Below, piece after piece: positions 8,342 through 17,314 of a stretch of DNA of 64,000 nt (position 1 is its first letter; each line of letters starts with the position of its first letter). The position numbers and the translations under genes were made by a program. The stretch lies in the NCBI GenBank assembly GCA_903823115.1, contig CAIJRN010000015.1:7733-71732 (forward strand), in the 5' to 3' direction. Source of the stretch: an uncultured cyanobacterium (GTDB lineage: Bacteria; Cyanobacteriota; Cyanobacteriia; PCC-6307; Cyanobiaceae). Under the pieces are notes generated by a model that saw only the letters and a program-made list of their open reading frames with translations, did no database searches and was not told where the DNA came from.

Positions 8342-9411
8342 CGGCTCCACCGCTGCAGCTTCCAGGGATCGAGAATGTCGCGAATCAGCAGCTCCCGCAC
8401 CAGCACCTGCAGGCAGACCGCCAGAGGCAGAGCCAGCAGCAGCCCCAGGGGGCCGAACACCACGGTGAACAGCAGCTGGGCCATGAGCGTGAAGCCCGGC
8501 AGCAGTTTGAGCTGGTGGTGCATCACTGAGGGGGTGATCACATAGCTCTCAAGGTTCTGAACCACCACGTAGAGCGCCAGGACGGCCAGCGCCTTCCAGG
8601 GCTCCTCCAACAGGGCCACCGACATCGGGAACAGGGTGCTGAGCGTGGGCCCCACATTCGGGATGATGTTGAGCAGGCCGGCCAGCACCGCATTGGCGGC
8701 CACCAGCTTCACTCCCAGCAGCGACAGGCCGATGGCGGCCAGGCTGCCGACGCACAAGGAGCTGATCAGCACGCCGACCATCCAGGCACTGAGGGCGTTG
8801 CCGCAGTGCAACAACGCCTGCCGCAGCCGGCGGCGGTAGAAGGAGGGAGCCAGCAGCAGCAGCACCTCCCGATAGGCCTCCGGCTGGGCCGCCACCATCA
8901 GGGCGACAGCGACCACAAACAGGGTCTGCAACAAACCGGTGCCGACATTGCCGGCAAAGCCCACCAGCTTCAACAGCCCGTCACCGAGGCTCGAGGCCAG
9001 GCCTCCGCTGGGCTCCGTCGAGGCGCCGAAGCTGTCACTCAGCCAGCCGAGGCTGCGATCTGAGCTGCCATAGATCATGGTCGAGGCCCGCTCCAGCCCT
9101 TGCTGCAGCATGGAGAGCAGCAGGCTGGCCGCCTGGGGCAGCTTCTCGATCAGCTGGCTGAACTGCTCGACGAACGGCGGCACGATCACGGCGCCGGCCA
9201 CCACCAGCACCAGCACCAATCCCAACAGGCTCAGCAGCAGGGCCGTCAGCCGCGGCAGGCCCGAACGCCGGCGTACGGCCCCCACCAAAGTGCACAGGGC
9301 CATGGCCAACACCACCGCGGCGAAAATCAGCAGCACGGCGTGCCGCAGGCTCCACAGCAGCGCCAGCGCTGCCGTCAGACCGATCAGCCCCAGCCACTGC
9401 TCGAATTTCAA
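8338..9411 (-). CDS. AI-2E family transporter (PerM-like permease), tandem paralog
   Basis: Same architecture as the neighbouring gene ([11 protein letters not shown]..., [28 protein letters not shown]). The TTG start at 9411 overlaps the psb28 stop (TTGA). Confidence 0.83.
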   Translation of the reverse strand: MKFEQWLGLIGLTAALALLWSLRHAVLLIFAAVVLAMALCTLVGAVRRRSGLPRLTALLLSLLGLVLVLVVAGAVIVPPFVEQFSQLIEKLPQAASLLLSMLQQGLERASTMIYGSSDRSLGWLSDSFGASTEPSGGLASSLGDGLLKLVGFAGNVGTGLLQTLFVVAVALMVAAQPEAYREVLLLLAPSFYRRRLRQALLHCGNALSAWMVGVLISSLCVGSLAAIGLSLLGVKLVAANAVLAGLLNIIPNVGPTLSTLFPMSVALLEEPWKALAVLALYVVVQNLESYVITPSVMHHQLKLLPGFTLMAQLLFTVVFGPLGLLLALPLAVCLQVLVRELLIRDILDPWKLQRWSR

Positions 9412-9785
9412 GCCTCCGCTTCTCCCTCTTCAGTCGGAGCTTCGTCGTCCTTGCCGGCGAAGCCGAGGTCATGGCCGTCGGCGTAGCGCTGGGCAAAGCG
9501 CATGAACCGCTCGAAATCGGCGGTGGTTTTCCAGGTGTAGGTGGCCTCCAGAGCAAAGGCCTTGCCATTGACGAAGCGGGCCTTGACCTCGCGGGTCACC
9601 AGTTCCCCCTCTTCGTCGACCAGGAACATGCCGGTGATGTCGCCCATGGTTTCCGGCGCCAGGGCCACCGGCTCCTCGAACACGAACAGGGCCTGGCCGG
9701 TGCGGCCATCGCGGGAGCGGGTGAGCCGGATGTCGGGCACGACCAATTCGTCCACGCCCCGAAAGAACTGAATGGCGGCGCCCAT
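9408..9785 (-). CDS. psb28: photosystem II reaction centre protein Psb28
   Basis: [36 protein letters not shown]...[18 protein letters not shown]...FMRFAQRYA aligns along its length with Psb28. The 169 codons upstream in ORF 9408..10292 are antisense to the GUN4-like gene and are rejected. Confidence 0.9.
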   Translation of the reverse strand: MGAAIQFFRGVDELVVPDIRLTRSRDGRTGQALFVFEEPVALAPETMGDITGMFLVDEEGELVTREVKARFVNGKAFALEATYTWKTTADFERFMRFAQRYADGHDLGFAGKDDEAPTEEGEAEA

Positions 9786-9926
9786 GACCTTTGGCGAAAA
9801 CGGGATCCTAGGCAGGTCCACGGCGCCTGACCCGCGCACCTGGCTGCGGGCGGATTCTGTGCTCCCTGACATAGTGGAGCCAGCCGACGGCCCCCGGCCG
9901 CATGTCCCTTCGGCAGACCGTTCTCC

Positions 9927-10664
9927 ATGCTCTCCGGTCCTCCGGTCACCAGTACCGCCCGCGCCGATCAGCTGCTCGAACGCTTTCTTTCCGGCTCGCC
10001 GCGCCAGCGTCGCAGCCTGTTGGTGCAGATCGAGCAACGGCGTGGGGAGTTGCTGCCCCTGATTCCTGATCAGCTCGATCGCCTCGATGCCACCGGCGAC
10101 GACTGGGCGGCGGGTCTGCTGGTGCAGCTGCTGCTGGCGTCGGGCCAGGCGGACGACTTCCTGGCCCGCCATCCGGCTGGCTGGCTGGCGGTGGGCAGTG
10201 CCGCCGGCCTCGATTACACCCCCCTGCAGCAGCATCTGATGCAGCAGCAGTTCGAGGACGCCGATCGACTCACCAGCACGCTGTTGCGCCAATTGGCCGG
10301 CCCGGGAGCCGAACAGCGCGGCTATGTGTTCTACAGCGAAGTCGCGACGATCCCCACAGTCGATCTGGAGTCACTCGATCGGCTCTGGGTCTGTTATTCC
10401 CGCGGTCGTTTCGGCTTTTCGGTGCAGGGCCGGCTGCTGCAGGCCTGCAACGGCCAGTGGCAGCTGCTCTGGCCCCGTCTGGGCTGGAAACAGGATGGCC
10501 GCTGGACCCGCTATCCCGGTTCCTTCACCTGGTCATTGGAGGCTCCCGACGGTCACATGCCCCTGGTCAATCAGTTGCGGGGCGTGCGGCTGATGGATGC
10601 CCTGCTCCACCATCCGGCGATCCTGCAACGCAGCCTTGTGGCCTCAGTCCGTCCATCGGGCTAG
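9927..10664 (+). CDS. gun4: GUN4 domain protein (Ycf53-like)
   Basis: The C-terminal half carries the GUN4 signature: [32 protein letters not shown]...LGWK...YPGSFTW. Confidence 0.8.
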   Translation: MLSGPPVTSTARADQLLERFLSGSPRQRRSLLVQIEQRRGELLPLIPDQLDRLDATGDDWAAGLLVQLLLASGQADDFLARHPAGWLAVGSAAGLDYTPLQQHLMQQQFEDADRLTSTLLRQLAGPGAEQRGYVFYSEVATIPTVDLESLDRLWVCYSRGRFGFSVQGRLLQACNGQWQLLWPRLGWKQDGRWTRYPGSFTWSLEAPDGHMPLVNQLRGVRLMDALLHHPAILQRSLVASVRPSG

Positions 10665-10708
10665 GGTCAGAAAATGGTTCTGCAGATCTGTGCAGGCCAA
10701 CTCCGCAG

Positions 10709-11152
10709 ATGCCATTGCGCTGGGCCGATTTCATCACGCCGTCAACGCTGCAGTTGGCTCCTCTGGTTGAAATCCTGCTGGAACCTGTCGACTGTGCCGC
10801 CCGTCTGGCTGAAGTGCAGCTGGGGTTGCATGAGGCCCTGGTCAATGCTGTGCGCCATGGCAATGGCTGTGATCCGGGCAAGTGCCTGCGGGTGCGGCTG
10901 ATCGTCACGCCCCGTTGGTTGGTGTGGCAGATCCAGGATGAGGGGCCTGGGTTGCCGAAGTGCTCGCGGCTGCACGCCTTGCCTGAAGCCGTGGATGCCC
11001 TGGCCGGACGCGGCCTGTTTCTGATTCACCACTGTTTCGACGACGTGCGCTGGAGCCCCCGCGGCAATCGTCTGCAGCTGGCCGTGCGCCGGCCGGAGCG
11101 ATCGCCCCTGGCCCGGTTCAGTGCCCGTGGCTGGGGCAGCCCGGATCACTGA
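10709..11152 (+). CDS. anti-sigma regulatory factor / RsbW-type serine protein kinase (HATPase_c_2)
   Basis: The ATG at 10709 inside ORF 10457..11152. Motifs LHEALVNAVRHGN (N-box) and DEGPG...GRGLFLIHHCFDDV (G-boxes) are typical of SpoIIAB/RsbW-like kinases. Confidence 0.72.
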   Translation: MPLRWADFITPSTLQLAPLVEILLEPVDCAARLAEVQLGLHEALVNAVRHGNGCDPGKCLRVRLIVTPRWLVWQIQDEGPGLPKCSRLHALPEAVDALAGRGLFLIHHCFDDVRWSPRGNRLQLAVRRPERSPLARFSARGWGSPDH

Positions 11153-11477
11153 TTTCGGCCTTCAACCAGCCGATCGCATGCTCCAGCAGTGCGACGGCGT
11201 CCGTGCGGGCGACGTTCATGGTGCGATCAGCCGGCTGGTCGGCACTCAGCAGCAGAACCAGTGCGGCGGCGATCTGTTCGCTGGCCCGCCGGCAGCGCTG
11301 GGATTTCAGAGCATGCCAATCGCGATCATGAATCACCAGCTGCCTCTGCAGCTCCTGGGCCAGCTCCAGAGCCCCCTCGGGCCACTGCTGCCGATCCGCC
11401 CCGCTGGTGGGTCTGGGCTGGGACAATGGACTCACCACTGGATACGGACGGCAGTTGAACACCATCCTGGCCCCCAT
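11118..11477 (-). CDS. hypothetical protein (119 aa)
   Basis: An ATG-initiated ORF between two better-supported genes. It is predicted helical and ends in CPSHGH. It overlaps the 3' end of the kinase gene by 35 nt, convergently. No family recognised. Confidence 0.4.
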   Translation of the reverse strand: MGARMVFNCRPYPVVSPLSQPRPTSGADRQQWPEGALELAQELQRQLVIHDRDWHALKSQRCRRASEQIAAALVLLLSADQPADRTMNVARTDAVALLEHAIGWLKAEISDPGCPSHGH

Positions 11478-11515
11478 GGGTGGCTTGCTTCGGGTCCCCT
11501 GCTGAGAGCGTCGCC

Positions 11516-11806
11516 ATGATCCGCCCTGCCCAGAGATCCGCCAGCCGCCGCTGGCGCTCCGGCTTGACGCCGCCCGGGGTGTTGCATCACCTTGCTGCCG
11601 TGCTCAGCCTCAGCCTGCGCCAGCCGCCGCCGGAGCCCAGCGGGGCGCTGATGCGGCGCCGGCGGCAACGCCTGGCCCTGGCCCAGCGACTGCTGGACCC
11701 CCTGCCCGAGGGATTGCGCTCGAGCCGCCGGGGCGGTGAACGCTTCTGGCAGGGGCTGCGCTGGGGGGGGCTGGGATTGATCCTGGCCTGGCTGTTGCAG
11801 CGCTAG
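11516..11806 (+). CDS. hypothetical Arg-rich protein with C-terminal hydrophobic helix
   Basis: ATG at 11516 within ORF 11480..11806. Ends in WGGLGLILAWLLQR. 4-nt convergent overlap with the methyltransferase gene. Weak support only. Confidence 0.3.
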   Translation: MIRPAQRSASRRWRSGLTPPGVLHHLAAVLSLSLRQPPPEPSGALMRRRRQRLALAQRLLDPLPEGLRSSRRGGERFWQGLRWGGLGLILAWLLQR

Positions 11807-12861
11807 AGCGGTTTGCGGGCCGTCCAGATCCTGGTCATGAAATGGGATTCGGCGGCAACCGCCCCAAACCCCGCCTGCTCCAGCCTCGCTTCGATCGAGT
11901 CACTGAGGTAGTCGCGGTAATACGGCTCGTGGAAGATGCGGCGAAAGTTGTCCATCACCAGCCTGAACTCGGGTGAATCCTGCAGTTGCACTGAATCGGC
12001 CAGCACCAGCACGCCCCCGGGTTCAAGCAGGCGGAAGGCGTCGTTGATCACGTTCTGGCGCGCCTGGGCCGGCAGCTCATGCAGCAGGAACACGCAACTC
12101 ACGGCCTGGAAGCAGCCATCGGCGAACGGCATGGCTTCGCCGTTGCCCTGGACCAGCTGGGGCAGCTCGCCACTGAGCTGGGAGAGCCAGCGATTGGCCT
12201 GGCGCAGGTAGGCGCTGGAGAGATCGAGGCCCACCAGCTGGGCGTGGGGCAGGGCGCCGCGCAGTTGACGCAGGGTTCGGCCGGTGCCGGTGGCCACATC
12301 CAGCACCCGCACGGAACTGGCCGGCCGCTGGGCGAAGGCCTCCAGACCCCGCCGCAGGGGCCTGAGGATGCGCCGGCGCATCGGCTCGGCGCTGCCGTTG
12401 AAGAGGATCTCCACCCCCAGGTCGTAGAGGGCGGCGGAATGATCGCTGAGGTAGCCGTCGGTCTGGTGGTGGAAGTTCTGGAGGTAATAGTCCGGGAAGG
12501 CCTCGCGGTTCACATCCCTGGGGAGATCGCGCACATTGCGCTCCTGCCGCCGCCGCCAGGTGAGCGGTAAATCCAGCCACAGCAAGGGATAGCGCCTGGC
12601 CCAGTCCAGCCAGGGAGCATCGAACAGCAGGGAGGTGGGATAGAGGCCCTGCTCGGCCTCCTGCCAGTCCAGTTCGATCAGTCGTTCCATCGACTGGCGC
12701 AGCTGTTCGAGCAGTTCGGCCGGCAGCGGCTCGGTTTTCGGGGTGCCATCCGGCGCCAGCAGCCCCATCAGGCGGGTGCTGGCTTCCTTGTGGGCCAAGC
12801 CGACAAGGCTCTTGCCTTGCTGCATGGTCCGGTAGGCCAGCTTGGTGAGCGTTTCGGACAC
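11803..12861 (-). CDS. class I SAM-dependent methyltransferase (Methyltransf_11-like)
   Basis: VLDVATGTGRTL (motif I), LVGLDLS, and GNGEAMPFADGCFQAVSCVFLLHELP...LLEPGGVLVL. Start placed at the GTG giving VSETLTKLAYRTMQQGK. The TTG at 12954 lies only about 18 nt past the glnA terminator, so it is less likely. Confidence 0.82.
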   Translation of the reverse strand: MSETLTKLAYRTMQQGKSLVGLAHKEASTRLMGLLAPDGTPKTEPLPAELLEQLRQSMERLIELDWQEAEQGLYPTSLLFDAPWLDWARRYPLLWLDLPLTWRRRQERNVRDLPRDVNREAFPDYYLQNFHHQTDGYLSDHSAALYDLGVEILFNGSAEPMRRRILRPLRRGLEAFAQRPASSVRVLDVATGTGRTLRQLRGALPHAQLVGLDLSSAYLRQANRWLSQLSGELPQLVQGNGEAMPFADGCFQAVSCVFLLHELPAQARQNVINDAFRLLEPGGVLVLADSVQLQDSPEFRLVMDNFRRIFHEPYYRDYLSDSIEARLEQAGFGAVAAESHFMTRIWTARKPL

Positions 12862-12972
12862 GGAAGCGGGATGGGGGATCGGATGTCGCCATTCCAACAG
12901 GTTCAAACGCCAACCGAGGGCGCGCCCGCAACGGCCGCTCGAGCAGGCCAGCAACGGGTCCAGCAGGTCAGC

Positions 12973-12998
12973 AAGAAAGCCCCGGCGTCAGCCGGGGC
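12973..12998 (-). terminator. rho-independent terminator downstream of glnA
   Basis: On the minus strand: GCCCCGGC-TGAC-GCCGGGGC stem-loop followed by TTTCTT, about 30 nt after the glnA stop. Confidence 0.6.
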
Positions 12999-13026
12999 CC
13001 TGAAATCAGCCCGCAACGTCCTGGAA

Positions 13027-14445
13027 TCAGGCGTCGTAGTACATCACGAACTCGTGGGGATGGGGCCGCTGGCGCAGCTGCTGGACTTCCTCGTATTTGA
13101 GAGCAATCCAGTTGTTGATGAAGTCTTCGCTGAAGACACCACCGGCCAGCAGGTAATCCTTGTCGCTGTCCAGGGCTTCAAGGGCACCATTGAGGGAGGC
13201 GGGAACGGTGGAGATCTTCGAGAGTTCCTCCGCCGAGAGCTCAAAGAGGTCGACATCGGTGCCATCACCGGGATCGATCTGGTTCTTGATGCCATCGATG
13301 CCGGCCATCAGCATGGCGGAGAAGGCGATGTAGGGGTTGGCGAGAGCGTCGCCGGAGCGGAACTCCAGGCGTTTGGCCTTGGGGCTGGGGCCGGTGAGCG
13401 GGATGCGCACCGCCGCTGAGCGGTTGCCCTGGGAGTACACCAGGTTCACCGGAGCCTCGAAACCGGGCACCAGGCGCTTGTAGCTGTTGGTGGTCGGGTT
13501 GGTGAAGGCCAGGAAGCTGGGGGCGTGCTTGAGCAGTCCACCGATGTACCAGCGGGCGGTCTGGGAGAGATTGGCGTAGGTGCCTTCGCCGAAGAACAGA
13601 GGCTGACCGCCTTTCCAGAGGCTCTGATGCACGTGCATGCCGCTGCCGTTGTCAGCGAACACCGGCTTGGGCATGAAGGTGGCCGTCTTGCCATATTTTT
13701 TGGCGATATTGCGAACCACGTATTTGTAGATCATCACGTTGTCGGCGGCGCTGATCAGTTCGGCGAACTTGATACCCAGCTCATGCTGAGCCGTAGCCAC
13801 TTCATGATGTTGCTTTTCAATCGGTACACCCAGAGCGGCCATGGTCAGCAGCATCTCACTGCGGATGTCCTGCATGGTGTCATTGGGAGCTACAGGGAAA
13901 TAGCCCTCTTTGAGTAATATCTTATAGGCGAGGTTGCCGCCTTCTTCTGTCCGGTCGGTGTTCCAGGCAGCCTCGATCGAGTCGACACTGTAGAAACTGG
14001 AGCCGTTACCACTTTTGTAGCGGACATCATCGAAGATGAAGAACTCGGGTTCGGGGCCGAAGAAGGCGGTGTCGGCCAGACCAGTGGAGCCGAGATACTC
14101 CAGCGCCTTCTGGGCCAGGGCCCGGGGGCAGCGGCCGTAGGGCTTGCCGCTGCGCGGTTCCTGGATCGAGCAGATCAGGCTCAGGGTCTTGTGGCTGTAA
14201 AAGGGATCAATCCAGGCGGTGTTCGGATCGGGAACCATCGCCATGTCCGACTCGTTGATCGCCTTCCAGCCGCGGATCGAGGAGCCATCGAAGGCCACGC
14301 CTTCACTGAAGGACGCTTCATCAATCAGGTCATTGCACACCGTCAGGTGCTGCCACTTGCCATGGAGATCAACGAACTTCAGGTCGATCAGCTCGATGCC
14401 TTCGTCCTTGATCTGACGAAGAACGTCCTGGGCAGATTTGGCCAT
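13027..14445 (-). CDS. glnA: glutamine synthetase type I
   Basis: Full-length 472 aa. [37 protein letters not shown] and [17 protein letters not shown] are canonical GSI motifs. Confidence 0.97.
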   Translation of the reverse strand: MAKSAQDVLRQIKDEGIELIDLKFVDLHGKWQHLTVCNDLIDEASFSEGVAFDGSSIRGWKAINESDMAMVPDPNTAWIDPFYSHKTLSLICSIQEPRSGKPYGRCPRALAQKALEYLGSTGLADTAFFGPEPEFFIFDDVRYKSGNGSSFYSVDSIEAAWNTDRTEEGGNLAYKILLKEGYFPVAPNDTMQDIRSEMLLTMAALGVPIEKQHHEVATAQHELGIKFAELISAADNVMIYKYVVRNIAKKYGKTATFMPKPVFADNGSGMHVHQSLWKGGQPLFFGEGTYANLSQTARWYIGGLLKHAPSFLAFTNPTTNSYKRLVPGFEAPVNLVYSQGNRSAAVRIPLTGPSPKAKRLEFRSGDALANPYIAFSAMLMAGIDGIKNQIDPGDGTDVDLFELSAEELSKISTVPASLNGALEALDSDKDYLLAGGVFSEDFINNWIALKYEEVQQLRQRPHPHEFVMYYDA

Positions 14446-14495
14446 GGCACGGTGAGAATCTTGGGATCGCCGCCCCAGGGACGGCAGGCTGGAAG

Positions 14496-14509
14496 GTACG
14501 GAGTGATAC
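14496..14509. promoter_or_regulatory. perfect NtcA-type box GTA-N8-TAC
   Basis: GTACGGAGTGATAC read directly in the glnA / phycobiliprotein-like divergent spacer. Matches the NtcA consensus GTAN8TAC. Confidence 0.5.
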
Positions 14510-14521
14510 CGATGCGCTTTT

Positions 14522-14535
14522 GTATCGGTTGTAAC
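14522..14535. promoter_or_regulatory. NtcA-type box GTA-N8-AAC, probable glnA activator site
   Basis: GTATCGGTTGTAAC closely resembles, as I recall it, the published S. elongatus glnA NtcA site (GTATCAGCTGTTAC). A TAN3T -10 candidate (TACCTT on the minus strand, 14498..14493) lies 23 nt downstream toward glnA. Confidence 0.55.
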
Positions 14536-14690
14536 TAGATGGTCGGTTGGTGTCGGATCGCCGCTGCGGGACTGGCGCTCAAAGGCTGCGTAACCGTTTC
14601 TGTCAACTTGCCCAGATCCACGCTGGGCAAAGGAATCTGGCGGTTTGCAAGTGCTAGCTTCCGCTGCAGGTGCGTCGATTTCATCCGACC

Positions 14691-15212
14691 ATGCGTGATG
14701 CCATCAGTGGCCTGATCGGCCGTTACGACCAGCTGGGCCGCTATTTCGATCGGGCGGCCATCGATCGTATCGATGTCTTTTACGCCCAGTCCACGATTCG
14801 GCTGGCGGCGGTGGAGCTGATCAACCGCGAAGCGGCCACGATCGTGCGGGAGGCGTCCCAGCGTCTCTGGCTGGAAGATCCTGAGCTGATCCTGCCCGGT
14901 GGCAATGCCTACACCACCCGTCGCCTGGCGGCCTGCCTGCGCGACATGGATTATTTTCTGCGGTACGCCAGCTACGCGTTGATTGCCGACGACCTGACCA
15001 TCCTCGACGAACGGGTGCTCAACGGTCTCGACGACACCTACAAGAGTCTCGGCGTGCCCACCGGTCCGACGGTGCGCGGCATCGCCCTGCTGGGTGAAGT
15101 GGTCAGCGCGATGCTGGCCGAGGCGGGTGTGGCCGGTGCCGACGCCGTGGTGCGGGTGCCCTTCGATCACCTGGTGCGCGGCCTGTCCACCAGCAATGTG
15201 CGCTGCCGCTGA
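14691..15212 (+). CDS. phycobiliprotein-family protein (allophycocyanin-like, orphan)
   Basis: [33 protein letters not shown]...YKSLGVP aligns with the globin-like phycobiliprotein fold and keeps the Cys at the bilin-attachment position. The ATG at 14691 (MRDAISGL) is preferred over the track start at 14670. Confidence 0.8.
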   Translation: MRDAISGLIGRYDQLGRYFDRAAIDRIDVFYAQSTIRLAAVELINREAATIVREASQRLWLEDPELILPGGNAYTTRRLAACLRDMDYFLRYASYALIADDLTILDERVLNGLDDTYKSLGVPTGPTVRGIALLGEVVSAMLAEAGVAGADAVVRVPFDHLVRGLSTSNVRCR

Positions 15213-15531
15213 GCGCAGAGCAAGCGTTCCGATTGCCGATCAGCCTCCCGTTGATCCGCCCGCCGTCTCTCGGTAATTGATCACAGCGCCTTGTTTGACT
15301 CTCCCTTCGCTGGAGGATTGTGTCGCCCTTGCATGACTGGGGTGTGACAACCGCAGCGTTTGCCCGTCCCCATCCGGATCGCCGTCGCACTCCCGCCGCT
15401 GGTCCGGTTTTGCGCCGATCCCGGCTCTGCAGCCCTCTCGGAACTGGGGCCGTTGCATTCAGCCGCTACGAGCAGCGATCGGGGTCCGCCGTTCCCTAAT
15501 CTCAGCCCACCCGTCCACCGCCGCTCCGGTC

Positions 15532-16722
15532 TTGGTCCTTTCCGTGCAGCCTCCCATCGATTCCAGCCATCGGCTCCAGCTCGATCCGATTGCAACCCCT
15601 GAACGTCTGCTGCTCGGCCCAGGTCCCTCCAATGCCCATCCCAAGGTGCTCGAGGCCCTGGCCCGGCCCCCGATCGGCCATCTCGACCCCCTCTACATCG
15701 AGTTGATGGGCGAGGTGCAGGAGCTGTTGCGCTACGCCTGGCAAACCGACAATCGGCTGACGATTCCGATGAGCGGCACCGGCAGCGCCGCCATGGAGGC
15801 CACCCTGGCCAACACCATCGAACCGGGCGACAAGGTGCTGGTGGCGGTGATGGGATATTTCGGGCTGCGCCTGGTGGACATGGCCGGTCGCTACCGGGCC
15901 GAGGTGGTCAGCATCGAGCGGCCCTGGGGTGAAGCCTTCAGCCTCGAGGAGCTGGAGCAGGCGCTGATCACCCACAAGCCGGCCATCCTGGCGATGGTCC
16001 ATGCCGAAACCTCCACGGGGGTGTGCCAGCCGATGGAGGGCATCGGTGAGCTCTGTCGCCAGCACGATTGCCTGCTGCTGCTCGATACCGTCACCTCCCT
16101 GGGCGCCGTGCCCCTGCTGCTGGATGAGTGGAAGGTGGATCTGGCCTACAGCTGCAGCCAGAAAGGACTCAGCTGCCCTCCAGGGCTTGGCCCCTTCACC
16201 ATGGGCCCGAGGGCGGAGGCCAAGCTGGCAGCCCGCAGCGGCAAGGTGCCCAACTGGTACCTCGATGTCTCCCTGCTCAACCAGTACTGGGGCAGCGACC
16301 GGGTGTATCACCACACCGCCCCGGTGAACATGAACTTCGGCATGCGCGAGGCGTTGCGGCTGCTGGCCGAAGAAGGCCTTGATATCGCCTGGGCCCGCCA
16401 TCGCCGCAACGCCGAGCGGCTCTGGGCCGGTCTGGAGCGCCTGGGCCTCACCCTGCATGTGCCGCTCGAGCTGCGTCTGCCCACCCTCACCACCGTGCGC
16501 ATCCCCGAGGGTGTGGATGGCAAGGCGTTCAGCCGCTATCTGCTCGACACCCATGGCATTGAAGTCGGTGGCGGCCTCGGTGCCCTGGCCGGCAAGGTCT
16601 GGCGCATCGGCCTGATGGGTTACAACAGCACCCCGGAGAACGTCGATCGCCTGCTGACCCTGCTGGAGGAGGAGCTGCCCGCTTTCCTGCCCAGCTCCCC
16701 GGCCATGGTGGCCGTCGGCTGA
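15532..16722 (+). CDS. class V aminotransferase (serine-pyruvate / alanine-glyoxylate aminotransferase type)
   Basis: LLLGPGPSNAHPKVLEA, MSGTGSAAMEA, and CSQKGLSCPPG (the PLP-Lys context) are typical of the AGXT/SPT family that often neighbours glnA in picocyanobacteria. Confidence 0.9.
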   Translation: MVLSVQPPIDSSHRLQLDPIATPERLLLGPGPSNAHPKVLEALARPPIGHLDPLYIELMGEVQELLRYAWQTDNRLTIPMSGTGSAAMEATLANTIEPGDKVLVAVMGYFGLRLVDMAGRYRAEVVSIERPWGEAFSLEELEQALITHKPAILAMVHAETSTGVCQPMEGIGELCRQHDCLLLLDTVTSLGAVPLLLDEWKVDLAYSCSQKGLSCPPGLGPFTMGPRAEAKLAARSGKVPNWYLDVSLLNQYWGSDRVYHHTAPVNMNFGMREALRLLAEEGLDIAWARHRRNAERLWAGLERLGLTLHVPLELRLPTLTTVRIPEGVDGKAFSRYLLDTHGIEVGGGLGALAGKVWRIGLMGYNSTPENVDRLLTLLEEELPAFLPSSPAMVAVG

Positions 16723-16779
16723 AGCTGCCGGCGGCCATCGTGCGGCTCCACCATGCGTGGGGCCCCACCTTCCGGTCGT

Positions 16780-17250
16780 TCACCCCTGAGCGCGGCGGCG
16801 TCTAAACCAGTCGCTGAGCTGCTGCTGGGCCTCCGGTCCCCGCACGCCCCCCAGGATCTCCATGCGGTGGTGGGCGCTGGGATCGGCGGCCAGGTTGAGG
16901 CAGCCGCCCAGGGCGCCGCGCTTGGCATCAGCGGCGCCGAACACCACCCGCCCGACGCGTGCCTGAATCAGGGCACCGGCGCACATCGGGCAGGGTTCGA
17001 GGCTGACCAGCAGGCTGCAATCGTTGAAGCGCCAGTCACCCCGCAGGGCCGCCGCCTGGCGCAACGCCACCAGTTCGGCGTGACCGAGGGGATCCTGATG
17101 GCGATGGCGGCGGTTGCTGCCCCAACCGAGGCAATGGCCCTGGCGATCGAGAATCACCGCCGCCACGGGGATCTCCCCCTGCTCCCCGACGCGCCCCGCC
17201 TGGCGCAGCAGGCGCTCCATCCAGAATTCATCCTGCAGGCGCTGCTCCAT
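16780..17250 (-). CDS. tadA: tRNA-specific adenosine deaminase TadA
   Basis: The CMP/dCMP deaminase zinc motifs HAELVAL and LEPCPMCAGAL. Size is 156 aa. Confidence 0.88.
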   Translation of the reverse strand: MEQRLQDEFWMERLLRQAGRVGEQGEIPVAAVILDRQGHCLGWGSNRRHRHQDPLGHAELVALRQAAALRGDWRFNDCSLLVSLEPCPMCAGALIQARVGRVVFGAADAKRGALGGCLNLAADPSAHHRMEILGGVRGPEAQQQLSDWFRRRRAQG

Positions 17251-17314
17251 GGCTCCCTTGTAGCCCCAGGCGGCAGGGCACGGGGCAGAATGCCCCCCAC
17301 AGCGACCATCCCCG

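Noticed and set aside
9786-10292. N-terminal 169-codon extension of the psb28 ORF (track ORF 9408..10292).
   Set aside because: Psb28 homology begins at the internal ATG (9785). The extension is antisense to the GUN4-like gene and crosses the divergent promoter region.
15213-15531. The 320-bp gap after the phycobiliprotein-like gene, examined for a glutamine riboswitch (glnA RNA motif), an NtcA box or a small ORF.
   Set aside because: I could not find the paired CGTTC...GGACGGAAG...GAACG core, a GTA-N8-TAC box or any ORF with coding-like third positions. It is probably just the aminotransferase promoter and leader.
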